Assembly (NCBI GenBank): GCA_022826205.1
Contig: JAJDVJ010000185.1
Coordinates: 23,661-55,660 of the forward strand
Direction: 5' to 3'
From: Silicimonas sp.
GTDB taxonomy: Bacteria > Pseudomonadota > Alphaproteobacteria > Rhodobacterales > Rhodobacteraceae
DNA: 32,000 bases
Of the stretch, positions 17,707 to 25,379 are shown piece by piece. The notes beneath the pieces were generated by a model. The model was not told the origin of the DNA, made no database searches, and saw nothing but the letters and a program-made list of their open reading frames with translations. Position 1 is the stretch's first letter, and each line of letters opens with the position of its first letter. The translations under genes were made by a program, and so were the position numbers.

Positions 17707-18549
17707 TCACTTTGCTCCCGTCATGCTGTGTTCAACGGAAGTCTGGACATCGCTTGCATGCGATGCTGCCCCATCTCCGTCTTCATGTACGCTGCACGAC
17801 CGTCCGGTCGTCACGTAACGCGCCACGAATCGCTCCAGAATGCGCTCGGGCTCCGTCACCTCCGCAGCCAGGCATGCTTCGGTCAGAGCTGCAGCCTCTT
17901 CAGGCGGGAAGTACCCGAAATCGCGGTAGATCCGGATGCGGTCCGCAAAGACCTGCCCGTCCGCTTCTGGATGAAACTGCGTGGCATAGACGTTCTCGCC
18001 TGCCCTGATCATCTGGAAAGGGCAGGTCTCCGAGGACATGAGATGCACCGCGCCGTCGGGCAGTTCCTGAACCGCTTCCTTGTGGCCAAGCAGAGCGTTG
18101 AACCTGTGTGGCAGCCCGGCCAGCAAAGGATCCGCCTGCCCCGCCTTGGTAAGGTCGCACGGCACGGCCGATACCGACTCCGAATACCGCTCCTTCGAAA
18201 CCCGCGCTCCGAGGTGGTGCGCCAGCAGCCCAATTCCGTAGCAGCACCCTAGGAAAGGCATGTCCCGAGCAAGAATCCCAGGCATCAGTGCCAGAAGCTC
18301 CGCTTCCGCCCGCGCCTCGACCGGGTCACGCGTAGCCGGATCGTCGCTAACGCAGCCTGGGCCGCCGCCCACAATGACAGCCGAATAGTCGTCGAGCGAG
18401 AACCCCTGCGGCAACGGCGCCGCCTCCATCCTGTGCCGGCGAACCTCCGCTTCATTCAGACGGCCCTTCTCGATGAAAGCGCGGAATTCGCCATCCGACG
18501 CTTCGTCCTCAGGGCGCAGTTGAAGAATGAGAACCGGTTTCGACGTCAT
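17707..18549 (-). CDS. Class-I glutamine amidotransferase domain protein (GuaA-N/COG0518-like)
   Basis: Nucleophile elbow GCCYGIG and FHPE near the C-terminal part of the domain. ATG 18549 (MTSKPVLILQL...); the longer track ORF would overlap metZ. Confidence 0.8.
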   Translation of the reverse strand: MTSKPVLILQLRPEDEASDGEFRAFIEKGRLNEAEVRRHRMEAAPLPQGFSLDDYSAVIVGGGPGCVSDDPATRDPVEARAEAELLALMPGILARDMPFLGCCYGIGLLAHHLGARVSKERYSESVSAVPCDLTKAGQADPLLAGLPHRFNALLGHKEAVQELPDGAVHLMSSETCPFQMIRAGENVYATQFHPEADGQVFADRIRIYRDFGYFPPEEAAALTEACLAAEVTEPERILERFVARYVTTGRSCSVHEDGDGAASHASDVQTSVEHSMTGAK

Positions 18550-18625
18550 TGCGCCCCGGGCCGGTTCCGCAGATTCGCTCCGACAGGCTTGCGGGACGGC
18601 AAACCACACTTGGCCAGGCTCCGCA

Positions 18626-19807
18626 TCATGCGGCCTCGAGTGCCTGTCGGATGTCGCCAATCAGGTCATCAACATCTTCCAGACCCATGGACAGGCGTAC
18701 GAGCCCCGGCAAAATGCCCAGTTCGTCCCGCTGCTCGTCGGTCAGTCGCTGATGAGTCGTGGTTGTCGGATGCGTCACGATCGACTTTGCATCCCCCAAG
18801 TTGTTCGAGATGATGAAGATCTGGAGCGAATTCAGGAACCTGAACGCGGCCTCCTGTCCTCCCTTGAGCACGAACGTCGCGACCGTCCCGCCACGTTTCA
18901 TTTGCGCCATCGCGATTTCGTGCTGCGGATGAGATTTCAGCCCCGGATAGATGACCCTTTCGAGCCGCGCGTGACCTTCGAACGTCTCGGCCACCTTCCG
19001 TGCGCTCTCCGCCTGCACCCTTACACGCAGGTCCAGCGTCTCCATGCCCTTCAGCAGCAACCATGCAGTGAACGGGCTCATGGCGCCGCCCGTATGCTTC
19101 AGGAAAGGTTCCAGCGTCTTGCGGACATAATCCCTGGTTCCGAGAACGACACCACCCAGAACCCGGCCCTGCCCGTCGATATGCTTAGTCGCGGAGTAGA
19201 CGACGATGTCCGCCCCGAGGTCCAGCACCCGGCTCAGAACAGGTGTCGAGAACACGTTGTCAACGATCACCGTCGCACCCACCTCATGCGCGATCGCCGC
19301 CACCGCTTTGATGTCAATCACTTCGAGCGTCGGATTGGAAACGCTCTCCAAAAACACGGCCTTGGTGTCGGGCCTGACTGCCACCTTCCACGCGTCAAGA
19401 CTGGTGCCGTCCACGAAGGTGACGTCAACACCGAACCGCTGAAGGACCTCTTCCAGGATATAGTGGCATGATCCGAACAGTGCGCGAGCCGAAACCACGT
19501 GATCGCCCGTCTTCAGCATCGAGGCCAAGGATGCATAGACCGCCGCCATGCCCGAGGCCGTGGCGAACGCGTCCTCGGCGCCTTCGATCTCGGCAATCCG
19601 CTCTTCGAACATCCGCACTGTCGGGTTCCCGTAGCGCGAATAGATGAATTCGTCCTCGCCGGCCTCCTCGAATCGCTGGGCAGCCTGTTCGGCACTTTCG
19701 TAGACAAAGCCCTGCGTGAGGAAAATCGGTTCGGCAACCTCCCCGTACTGGCTCCGCCGGATACCCCCATGCACGAGCTTCGTGCGCCTTTTCCAGTCTT
19801 CGGTAAT
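18626..19807 (-). CDS. metZ: O-succinylhomoserine sulfhydrylase (Cys/Met-metabolism PLP enzyme)
   Basis: LVHGG...SQYGE...FLTQGFVY plus the PLP-lysine motif SATKHIDGQG. The 3' end is firm. The 5' end is either GTG 19774 (ORF track) or, as I prefer, ATT 19807, 7 nt after AGGAGG (see findings). Confidence 0.88.
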   Translation of the reverse strand: MTEDWKRRTKLVHGGIRRSQYGEVAEPIFLTQGFVYESAEQAAQRFEEAGEDEFIYSRYGNPTVRMFEERIAEIEGAEDAFATASGMAAVYASLASMLKTGDHVVSARALFGSCHYILEEVLQRFGVDVTFVDGTSLDAWKVAVRPDTKAVFLESVSNPTLEVIDIKAVAAIAHEVGATVIVDNVFSTPVLSRVLDLGADIVVYSATKHIDGQGRVLGGVVLGTRDYVRKTLEPFLKHTGGAMSPFTAWLLLKGMETLDLRVRVQAESARKVAETFEGHARLERVIYPGLKSHPQHEIAMAQMKRGGTVATFVLKGGQEAAFRFLNSLQIFIISNNLGDAKSIVTHPTTTTHQRLTDEQRDELGILPGLVRLSMGLEDVDDLIGDIRQALEAA

Positions 19808-20158
19808 GGGGACGCCTCCTGTTCAATCCCGGTCCGGACTGCATGAGAGTCAAGGTCGTGATCGTCCCAGACCTCTTTAGCGGTGTCTTTTTCGTGGCCC
19901 GCAATCCGGTGAACAAATCGCCACGTGCAGGTCTGCGTACTAGTGCCTGGAGCCGGGGTCAAGGGAGTCGCCGACGGCATGGTCTGTCCACATATGTCTG
20001 CAGATCTCCGCATCGGGTCTTGATCGATGACTCACGGGCTGTCTTGATGTCTTCAACGGCGCTGCCGTCGCAGCGTTGATTCGGATCCGCCGACAACAAG
20101 GACGATCGAGGCAGAAAAAGCGGCAGGCGAGATCAATTCTAGGTCGCAATCACGCAGC

Positions 20159-21259
20159 CTAGCACGGTTTGGATTGACCACCGGGTGGAGGCTGCGCCGA
20201 ATCGGCGTCTTGCAGGCCCAGTTCCGTGAAGGGCTTGCACGCGAGGACGAAGAACATCGGCGAGAAAATGCCGGACCTGCCTCCTTCGACCAACGCATCC
20301 GCCGCCTTGTTCAGAATTGTGCTTACCGCGCGGGAGCCCTTGGGAAACACTCCCAGTCTTTCCGCCACCAGAAGCGTCCAATTCGTCAGAGCGCGACCCA
20401 AAGGCGTGCGCGGCATGCTCGAAAGAGTGAAATCGCGCCCCTGCAAGGCGCGGTACCAAGGCGTCTCCGGATCCGAATCAGACGCGCGGTCATGCGCCTC
20501 AAGAATTGCGAACCCGGCCGACCGCAATGCCGCAAGAACTTCCTGCGTTCCGGCCATGTCAGGCAACGCGTCCCCCACCATTATGTCGTTCCTTATCCGT
20601 CGGTGCTCGGCATTGCAGGGATCGAAACTGTCGGTGAGGCACCATTCGTAGCTGGCGAAACATGCCCCCGGACGCAATACGCGGAACAATTCCCGGAACA
20701 GCGCCGCCTTGTCCGGGGCGTGGGGCGTGGCCTCGATTGCGAACGCGGCGTCAAACCGGTTTTCCTCTTCGGGAATGTTCATGAAATCGCCGTGTATGAG
20801 GGAGCAAAGCGTCCGGACGTCCCGAGTGTGAACCTTGGCGCGCTCTATCTGGTAGGCGTTGTTGTTGATGCCGACGAAGCTGGCTCCGTAGTGGCGCGCC
20901 AGATTGCCCATCGGTCCTCCGACCCCGCATCCGACGTCGAGCACCCGCATCCCCGGTTTCAATGACAGTCGATCGGCGAGAAAATGCTGATGCCTGATCA
21001 ACGATGCCTCGAAGCGTTCGCCACGGCGGCGGGGAGCGAAGTGAAACGACCGACCCCAGCCGAACTCGTAGAAATCGGTAACGAGGTCATAAAAGTCATT
21101 CACGAAGGTAGAGTACCGCTTTGTCCTGCCTTCCCGGCCAGACTCGTAGATCGCGGCGTATTCGTCGACCGTGGATCTCACCTTGTCCGGGGCAAGATTT
21201 GCCAGCGTACTCAATCCCGCACGATCGTCAGTTCTGTGCTTGGCACTGCCAGATGCCAT
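20159..21259 (-). CDS. SAM-dependent methyltransferase of the sterol 24-C-methyltransferase (ERG6/SMT) family, including the C-terminal Sterol_MT_C-like region
   Basis: 366 aa from ATG 21259 (GGAAGG upstream). Collinear SMT motifs: DFYEFGWGRSFHF, LDVGCGVGGP, GINNNAYQI, IEATPHAP, YEWCLTD, EHRRI, PWY, and GIFSPMFFVLACKP at the C-terminus. Confidence 0.8.
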   Translation of the reverse strand: MASGSAKHRTDDRAGLSTLANLAPDKVRSTVDEYAAIYESGREGRTKRYSTFVNDFYDLVTDFYEFGWGRSFHFAPRRRGERFEASLIRHQHFLADRLSLKPGMRVLDVGCGVGGPMGNLARHYGASFVGINNNAYQIERAKVHTRDVRTLCSLIHGDFMNIPEEENRFDAAFAIEATPHAPDKAALFRELFRVLRPGACFASYEWCLTDSFDPCNAEHRRIRNDIMVGDALPDMAGTQEVLAALRSAGFAILEAHDRASDSDPETPWYRALQGRDFTLSSMPRTPLGRALTNWTLLVAERLGVFPKGSRAVSTILNKAADALVEGGRSGIFSPMFFVLACKPFTELGLQDADSAQPPPGGQSKPC

Positions 21260-21633
21260 GAACCTTCCCGGTGATTCGGCCCGTGGACATGATCGGGCAC
21301 CACAACATGATGGCAAGAGGCCGATCTACGGCAACCCCTTTTGAAAGGATATTCGGATGTCGCAAGACTTGTGCCACGAGGTCCCTTCCATGGGCGAGGT
21401 TGGTACGCTGCACGTTGTTGCAAAAGGGAACGACCAGCAATGGGCGCGATCCCCATTTGGCTACGTTCTCAATTCCTATGTTCATTCCCGTGCTTCCAGG
21501 AGACTGAGCTTGAATGCCACAACGAATGCGCCCTTTCCGGCAGGCACGGCGATGGCGATCTTGCTTCTCGGCGTTCGGAAGCAGTGGTTCGCCGCTCGAC
21601 ACCGCTGCGGCAGTCGTCTCCGCACCGGTCACG

Positions 21634-22044
21634 ATGCCGATCAAGATCTTCGAGGCGCGGAGCAACGATCACGCGGCGTTTCTCGAACGGGCAAAAGGAA
21701 ACCGGCTTCCCTTGCCTCCGCTCGATCCGGAGTCTCGCAAGATGGCAGATTCCGCCTTTCGTCTGGCGCTCGACCAGGGAGAGACCGACAAGGGCCTCTA
21801 TTGGGAAGACAACCAGTACATGAACGACCGCCGCGCAGTCAGCGTGACGGTTCTGTCAACGGAGCGGGTTGCCACTGGTTCGGTCTGCCGCGACGTGCTG
21901 GTCGAGGCCTTTGCCCAAGGCCAGCCGATCGGTCAGCGTGTCAGTACATTGTGTCGCCACGGCATCGACCGCTGGAAATATGTCCTGGCGCAACCCTGTC
22001 GGTCCGGGGCGGTAAGCGGACCCGCGAGGCAGCCGGTGGCATGA
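21634..22044 (+). CDS. Hypothetical protein (weak resemblance to small 'surface antigen'-type proteins with paired Cys-Arg motifs); start uncertain (21514 or 21634)
   Basis: The GC3-rich codon pattern begins near 21634. Contains ...GSVCRDVLVEAF...STLCRHGIDRW.... No convincing signal peptide in this frame. Confidence 0.5.
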   Translation: MPIKIFEARSNDHAAFLERAKGNRLPLPPLDPESRKMADSAFRLALDQGETDKGLYWEDNQYMNDRRAVSVTVLSTERVATGSVCRDVLVEAFAQGQPIGQRVSTLCRHGIDRWKYVLAQPCRSGAVSGPARQPVA

Positions 22045-22195
22045 TCGCGGCGACGTTCAGGCACATGGCGAGACGCACAAGTAGAGGCGTTCAGGAGAAT
22101 GGCGCTCAGGCGTGGCATCCTTGGTCGGCCGCGCCGTCCCCCTTGATCTCGACCCAAAATGCGCCACTTTGTGCCGAAGCGCCCTACGGCCCAAG

Positions 22196-22203
22196 AAAGG
22201 AAA
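22196..22203. repeat. Left copy of the 8-bp direct (target-site) duplication AAAGGAAA flanking element copy B
   Basis: AAAGGAAA directly abuts the element end at 22204. The identical octamer abuts the other end at 22481. Confidence 0.65.
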
Positions 22204-22480
22204 GGGGATTACATACGAAAGTCACATGGTTCCATCCCGGCATTGCTCTCACGTTGGAAACGTGGCAAGTAGACCGTGCATGAGGGCGAGGCATTGCCTT
22301 TCCGATCTCGGCAACAGAGTTTGAGGGCCACGGCCCTGCTGAACCGCCCCGCTGAAGGGGCAAACATGACGCGGCGTCCGGGATTGGCACATCTGCACGG
22401 CGAGGAGCGTTGGCGTTGGCCACTTCGATGACCCGTGAAATCACTGCGAAGCCACGATGTGACTTTCGTATATAATTCCC
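22204..22480 (-). mobile_element. 277-bp MITE-like element, copy B, inverted relative to copy A
   Basis: By hand alignment the reverse complement matches copy A with 8 mismatches in 277 and no indels. One TIR is perfect (22457-22480); the other carries 2 substitutions (GGGGATTACATACG...). Flanked by the AAAGGAAA duplication. Confidence 0.8.
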
Positions 22481-22488
22481 AAAGGAAA
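22481..22488. repeat. Right copy of the 8-bp duplication AAAGGAAA; also serves as the Shine-Dalgarno region of the GST gene
   Basis: AAAGGAAA at 22481-22488 is followed by CTGC and then ATG 22493. Confidence 0.65.
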
Positions 22489-22492
22489 CTGC

Positions 22493-23206
22493 ATGCCCGA
22501 CCCGATAGAGGTCTACTACTGGCCAACCCCGAATGGCTGGAAAATCACCATCGCCCTTGAAGAGATGGCCCTGCCCTACACGCTGCATCTGGTTGACATC
22601 GGCAAGGGCGACCAGTTCGACCCGGAATTCCTCAAGCTCTCGCCAAACAACCGAATGCCAGCCATCGTCGATCCGGACGGACCGGACGGCCGCTCGGTCT
22701 CGATCTTCGAATCCGGAGCCATCCTGCAGTATCTCGGCCGCAAGACCGGGCAATTCTACGGATCTTCTGATCGCGACCGGATCGTCATCGATCAATGGCT
22801 GATGTGGCAGATGGGCGGTGTCGGCCCGATGGCGGGCCAGGCGCATCATTTCCTCAACTACGCGCCGCAACGCACACCTCCCCAAGTACTTCCGTATGCG
22901 CAGGATCGCTACAGGAACGAGGTCGGAAGACTCTACAGCGTGCTCAACACCAGACTTAAGGACTACCAATTCGTCGCCGGTGACTACTCGATCGCCGACA
23001 TGGCAATCTGGCCTTGGGCGCAAAACTGGGAAGGTCAGGAACAGGCCATCGACGACAAGCCCCACTTTGCACGCTGGCTGGACGAGATGGGAAACCGCCC
23101 TGCGGTCATCAAGGGCAAGGCGGTGGCGGATGAAGTGCGCAACCGTCAGCAATCGCCCGAGGAAAAGGAGGCGTCCGACAAGATTCTCTTCGAGCAGAAG
23201 GGGTGA
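22493..23206 (+). CDS. Nu-class glutathione S-transferase (YfcG/YghU-like)
   Basis: The N-terminus YYWPTPNGWKITIALEEM...GKGDQFDPEFLKLSPNNRMPAIVD...IFESGAILQYL closely follows the YfcG-type pattern. Confidence 0.88.
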   Translation: MPDPIEVYYWPTPNGWKITIALEEMALPYTLHLVDIGKGDQFDPEFLKLSPNNRMPAIVDPDGPDGRSVSIFESGAILQYLGRKTGQFYGSSDRDRIVIDQWLMWQMGGVGPMAGQAHHFLNYAPQRTPPQVLPYAQDRYRNEVGRLYSVLNTRLKDYQFVAGDYSIADMAIWPWAQNWEGQEQAIDDKPHFARWLDEMGNRPAVIKGKAVADEVRNRQQSPEEKEASDKILFEQKG

Positions 23207-23293
23207 CACCCTTGGGATCCTCGCCGACCTCTCGGCTCAGTCATCCCGGTTCGGAGACATGCGTTACAGCCCTGGTGCCGCGCCGGACAGCGC

Positions 23294-23905
23294 CTATTCC
23301 GTTCCGTCAGCCTCTTCCTCGACAAGGTGGTGTCGCAGGGTCAGTATCTGGAGCCAAATGAACAGGAACAGCGCGATCGGAAACCCGAACGTCTCGATCT
23401 TGACCCATGCATCCGTGGACATCGTACGCCAAACGATCTCGTTGGCCAGTGCCAGTCCGGCAAAGAAGCCTGCCAGTCGCCTAGTGAGCTTCATCCAACC
23501 CTCTTCCGTCAAGGGCAGGAACTCGGCCATGGCCCAAGCAAGGTACGACCTGCCTTGCAAGAGCCCGATTCCGAGGATGCCGGAAAGAACCCCGTAGACC
23601 AAGGTAGTCTTCACCTTGAAGAACCTCTCGTCGTTCAGCCAGACCGTGAGACCACCGAAGATCACCACCATCACGATGGTGAAGACTTGCATCCGGCTCA
23701 GACGACCTGTCAGCTTCCAGAGGATTGCCATCGAGGCCAGCAGGATCGGCACGAACAGGCCCGCCGCCACAATGAACCCGGAATACTCCGCACCCCCAAA
23801 GGCGAAGGTGTCATCGCGCATCCACAGATAGGCCACGAAAAACAACAGCGGCGGGCCCAGTTCGAGCACCTGCTTGACCACCGGATTCAGCTTTGCTTCG
23901 CTCAT
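23294..23905 (-). CDS. yciB: Intracellular septation protein A / inner-membrane protein YciB (IspZ)
   Basis: 203 aa with 5 hydrophobic segments. N-terminus ...LELGPPLLFFVAYL and mid region FFKVKTTLVYG are typical of the YciB family. Confidence 0.85.
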   Translation of the reverse strand: MSEAKLNPVVKQVLELGPPLLFFVAYLWMRDDTFAFGGAEYSGFIVAAGLFVPILLASMAILWKLTGRLSRMQVFTIVMVVIFGGLTVWLNDERFFKVKTTLVYGVLSGILGIGLLQGRSYLAWAMAEFLPLTEEGWMKLTRRLAGFFAGLALANEIVWRTMSTDAWVKIETFGFPIALFLFIWLQILTLRHHLVEEEADGTE

Positions 23906-24035
23906 CTAATCCTCTGTTGCGCGGTTCATGCCCAAGGTGTCACCAACGTGATCAACGGAGCTCTCCGCAGGCAAACAGATGACTCCCGCCCAAGATTCAT
24001 GGTCGAAGTGCTTCCGCCGCCTAGCTCACTGCCTC

Positions 24036-25301
24036 TCATCCCAATGCTCTCCAGCCGATGTCGCGGCGATACATTCCGCCAGGCCAGCCGATCCTGTCGA
24101 CCAGCGCATATGCCGCATCCCGGGCCTCCTGCAAGCTGGTGCCACGGGCGGTAGCGTTCAGGACCCTGCCACCGGCCGAGATGATTCCGTGCTCAGTCCG
24201 CGAGGTTCCAGCGTGGAACACCATCTGGCGCGAATCGCCGACCAGATCGTCTAGGCCTGCAATGGGACTGCCCTTCTCATAGTTGCCCGGATAGCCCTTG
24301 GCGGCCATCACGACCGTCATCGCATGGTCCCCCGCCCAATTGACCTTAGCTTCCGCAAGTCGGCCCTCTGCAGCGGCCTGCATGAGATCAAGTGCCTGCG
24401 CACCGAGCCGCATCATCAGCACCTGGCACTCCGGATCACCGAACCTCACGTTGTACTCAACCAACCTTGGGGCGCCGTCCTCAATCATGAGACCGGCATA
24501 CAGCACGCCCAGATAAGGAGTGCCACGCCGAGCCATCTCCGCCAGTGTTGGGCGGATGATTTCCTCCATCGTGCGGGCAGCCACGGAATCGTTCAGCACT
24601 GGTGCGGGCGAATACGCGCCCATCCCGCCTGTGTTGGGTCCGGTGTCGCCCTCGCCCACCCGCTTGTGATCTTGTGCAGTGCCAACAGGCAAGGCATCCG
24701 TCCCGTCGCAAAGCACGAAGAACGATGCCTCCTCGCCATCCATGAACTCCTCGATCACCACTTCGGTGCCAGCGGAGCCGAAAGCGCCGCCGAGCATGTC
24801 GTCAACAGCCGCTTCCGCTTCCTCCGTGCTCTGGGCAACGATGACTCCCTTGCCGGCCGCCAGCCCGTCCGCCTTCACAACGATTGGAGCGCCCTGCTCG
24901 CGAATGTGCGCCTTGGCCGGGGCTGGCTCCGTGAATCGGGCCCAGGCTGCCGTGGGAACTCCGGCCGCGTCACAGACTTCCTTGGTGAACCGCTTCGAGG
25001 CCTCCAGTAGCGCCGCCTCCCGCGACGGGCCGAAGACCTTGAATCCGGCAGCGCGAAAATCGTCGGCCACCCCAGACGCCAAGGGCGCCTCCGGCCCGAC
25101 GATCACGAGATCAATCGAATTTGCCTCGGCGCATTCCACCATTTGCGCCCCATTCTCGATGTCGAGGGAGGCGCACTCGGCAATCGCCGCGATCCCGGCA
25201 TTGCCCGGCGCGACGATAAGCCGGTCACATTTCGGATTCTGCATCACCGCCCAAGCCAGCGCGTGTTCCCGCCCGCCGCCGCCAAGGATGAGAATATTCA
25301 T
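24036..25301 (-). CDS. purD: Phosphoribosylamine--glycine ligase
   Basis: 421 aa: MNILILGGGGREHALAW..., ATP-grasp core, ...GGRVLNATA.... Full-length PurD. Confidence 0.95.
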   Translation of the reverse strand: MNILILGGGGREHALAWAVMQNPKCDRLIVAPGNAGIAAIAECASLDIENGAQMVECAEANSIDLVIVGPEAPLASGVADDFRAAGFKVFGPSREAALLEASKRFTKEVCDAAGVPTAAWARFTEPAPAKAHIREQGAPIVVKADGLAAGKGVIVAQSTEEAEAAVDDMLGGAFGSAGTEVVIEEFMDGEEASFFVLCDGTDALPVGTAQDHKRVGEGDTGPNTGGMGAYSPAPVLNDSVAARTMEEIIRPTLAEMARRGTPYLGVLYAGLMIEDGAPRLVEYNVRFGDPECQVLMMRLGAQALDLMQAAAEGRLAEAKVNWAGDHAMTVVMAAKGYPGNYEKGSPIAGLDDLVGDSRQMVFHAGTSRTEHGIISAGGRVLNATARGTSLQEARDAAYALVDRIGWPGGMYRRDIGWRALG

Positions 25302-25379
25302 CGCCGCTCTGCTTCCCCTTCGTTGGGTGGCGTTCTAGGGTCCTGCCCAGGGAAGCACAAGGCGAGCGCGGACACCGGC

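Noticed and set aside
17578-17709. 43 sense codons in frame after the TGA stop of the glutamine amidotransferase (possible read-through or selenocysteine)
   Set aside because: Open stretches of this length are expected by chance at this GC content. I saw no SECIS-like hairpin immediately after the TGA, and the extension shows no conserved features.
11139-22480. Reading the two inverted repeat copies as the arms of a composite transposon or genomic island
   Set aside because: The 10.8-kb interior consists mainly of core housekeeping genes (glyQS, trkH, metZ). The elements encode no transposase. Copy B has its own intact 8-bp duplication, which indicates independent single-element insertions.
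22184-23209. 341-aa minus-strand ORF covering the whole GST gene and running into repeat copy B
   Set aside because: It is fully antisense to a well-supported GST with clear family motifs. Its Arg/Leu/Val-rich, low-complexity composition is typical of shadow ORFs in high-GC DNA, and its 3' part is just the open frame of the non-coding repeat.
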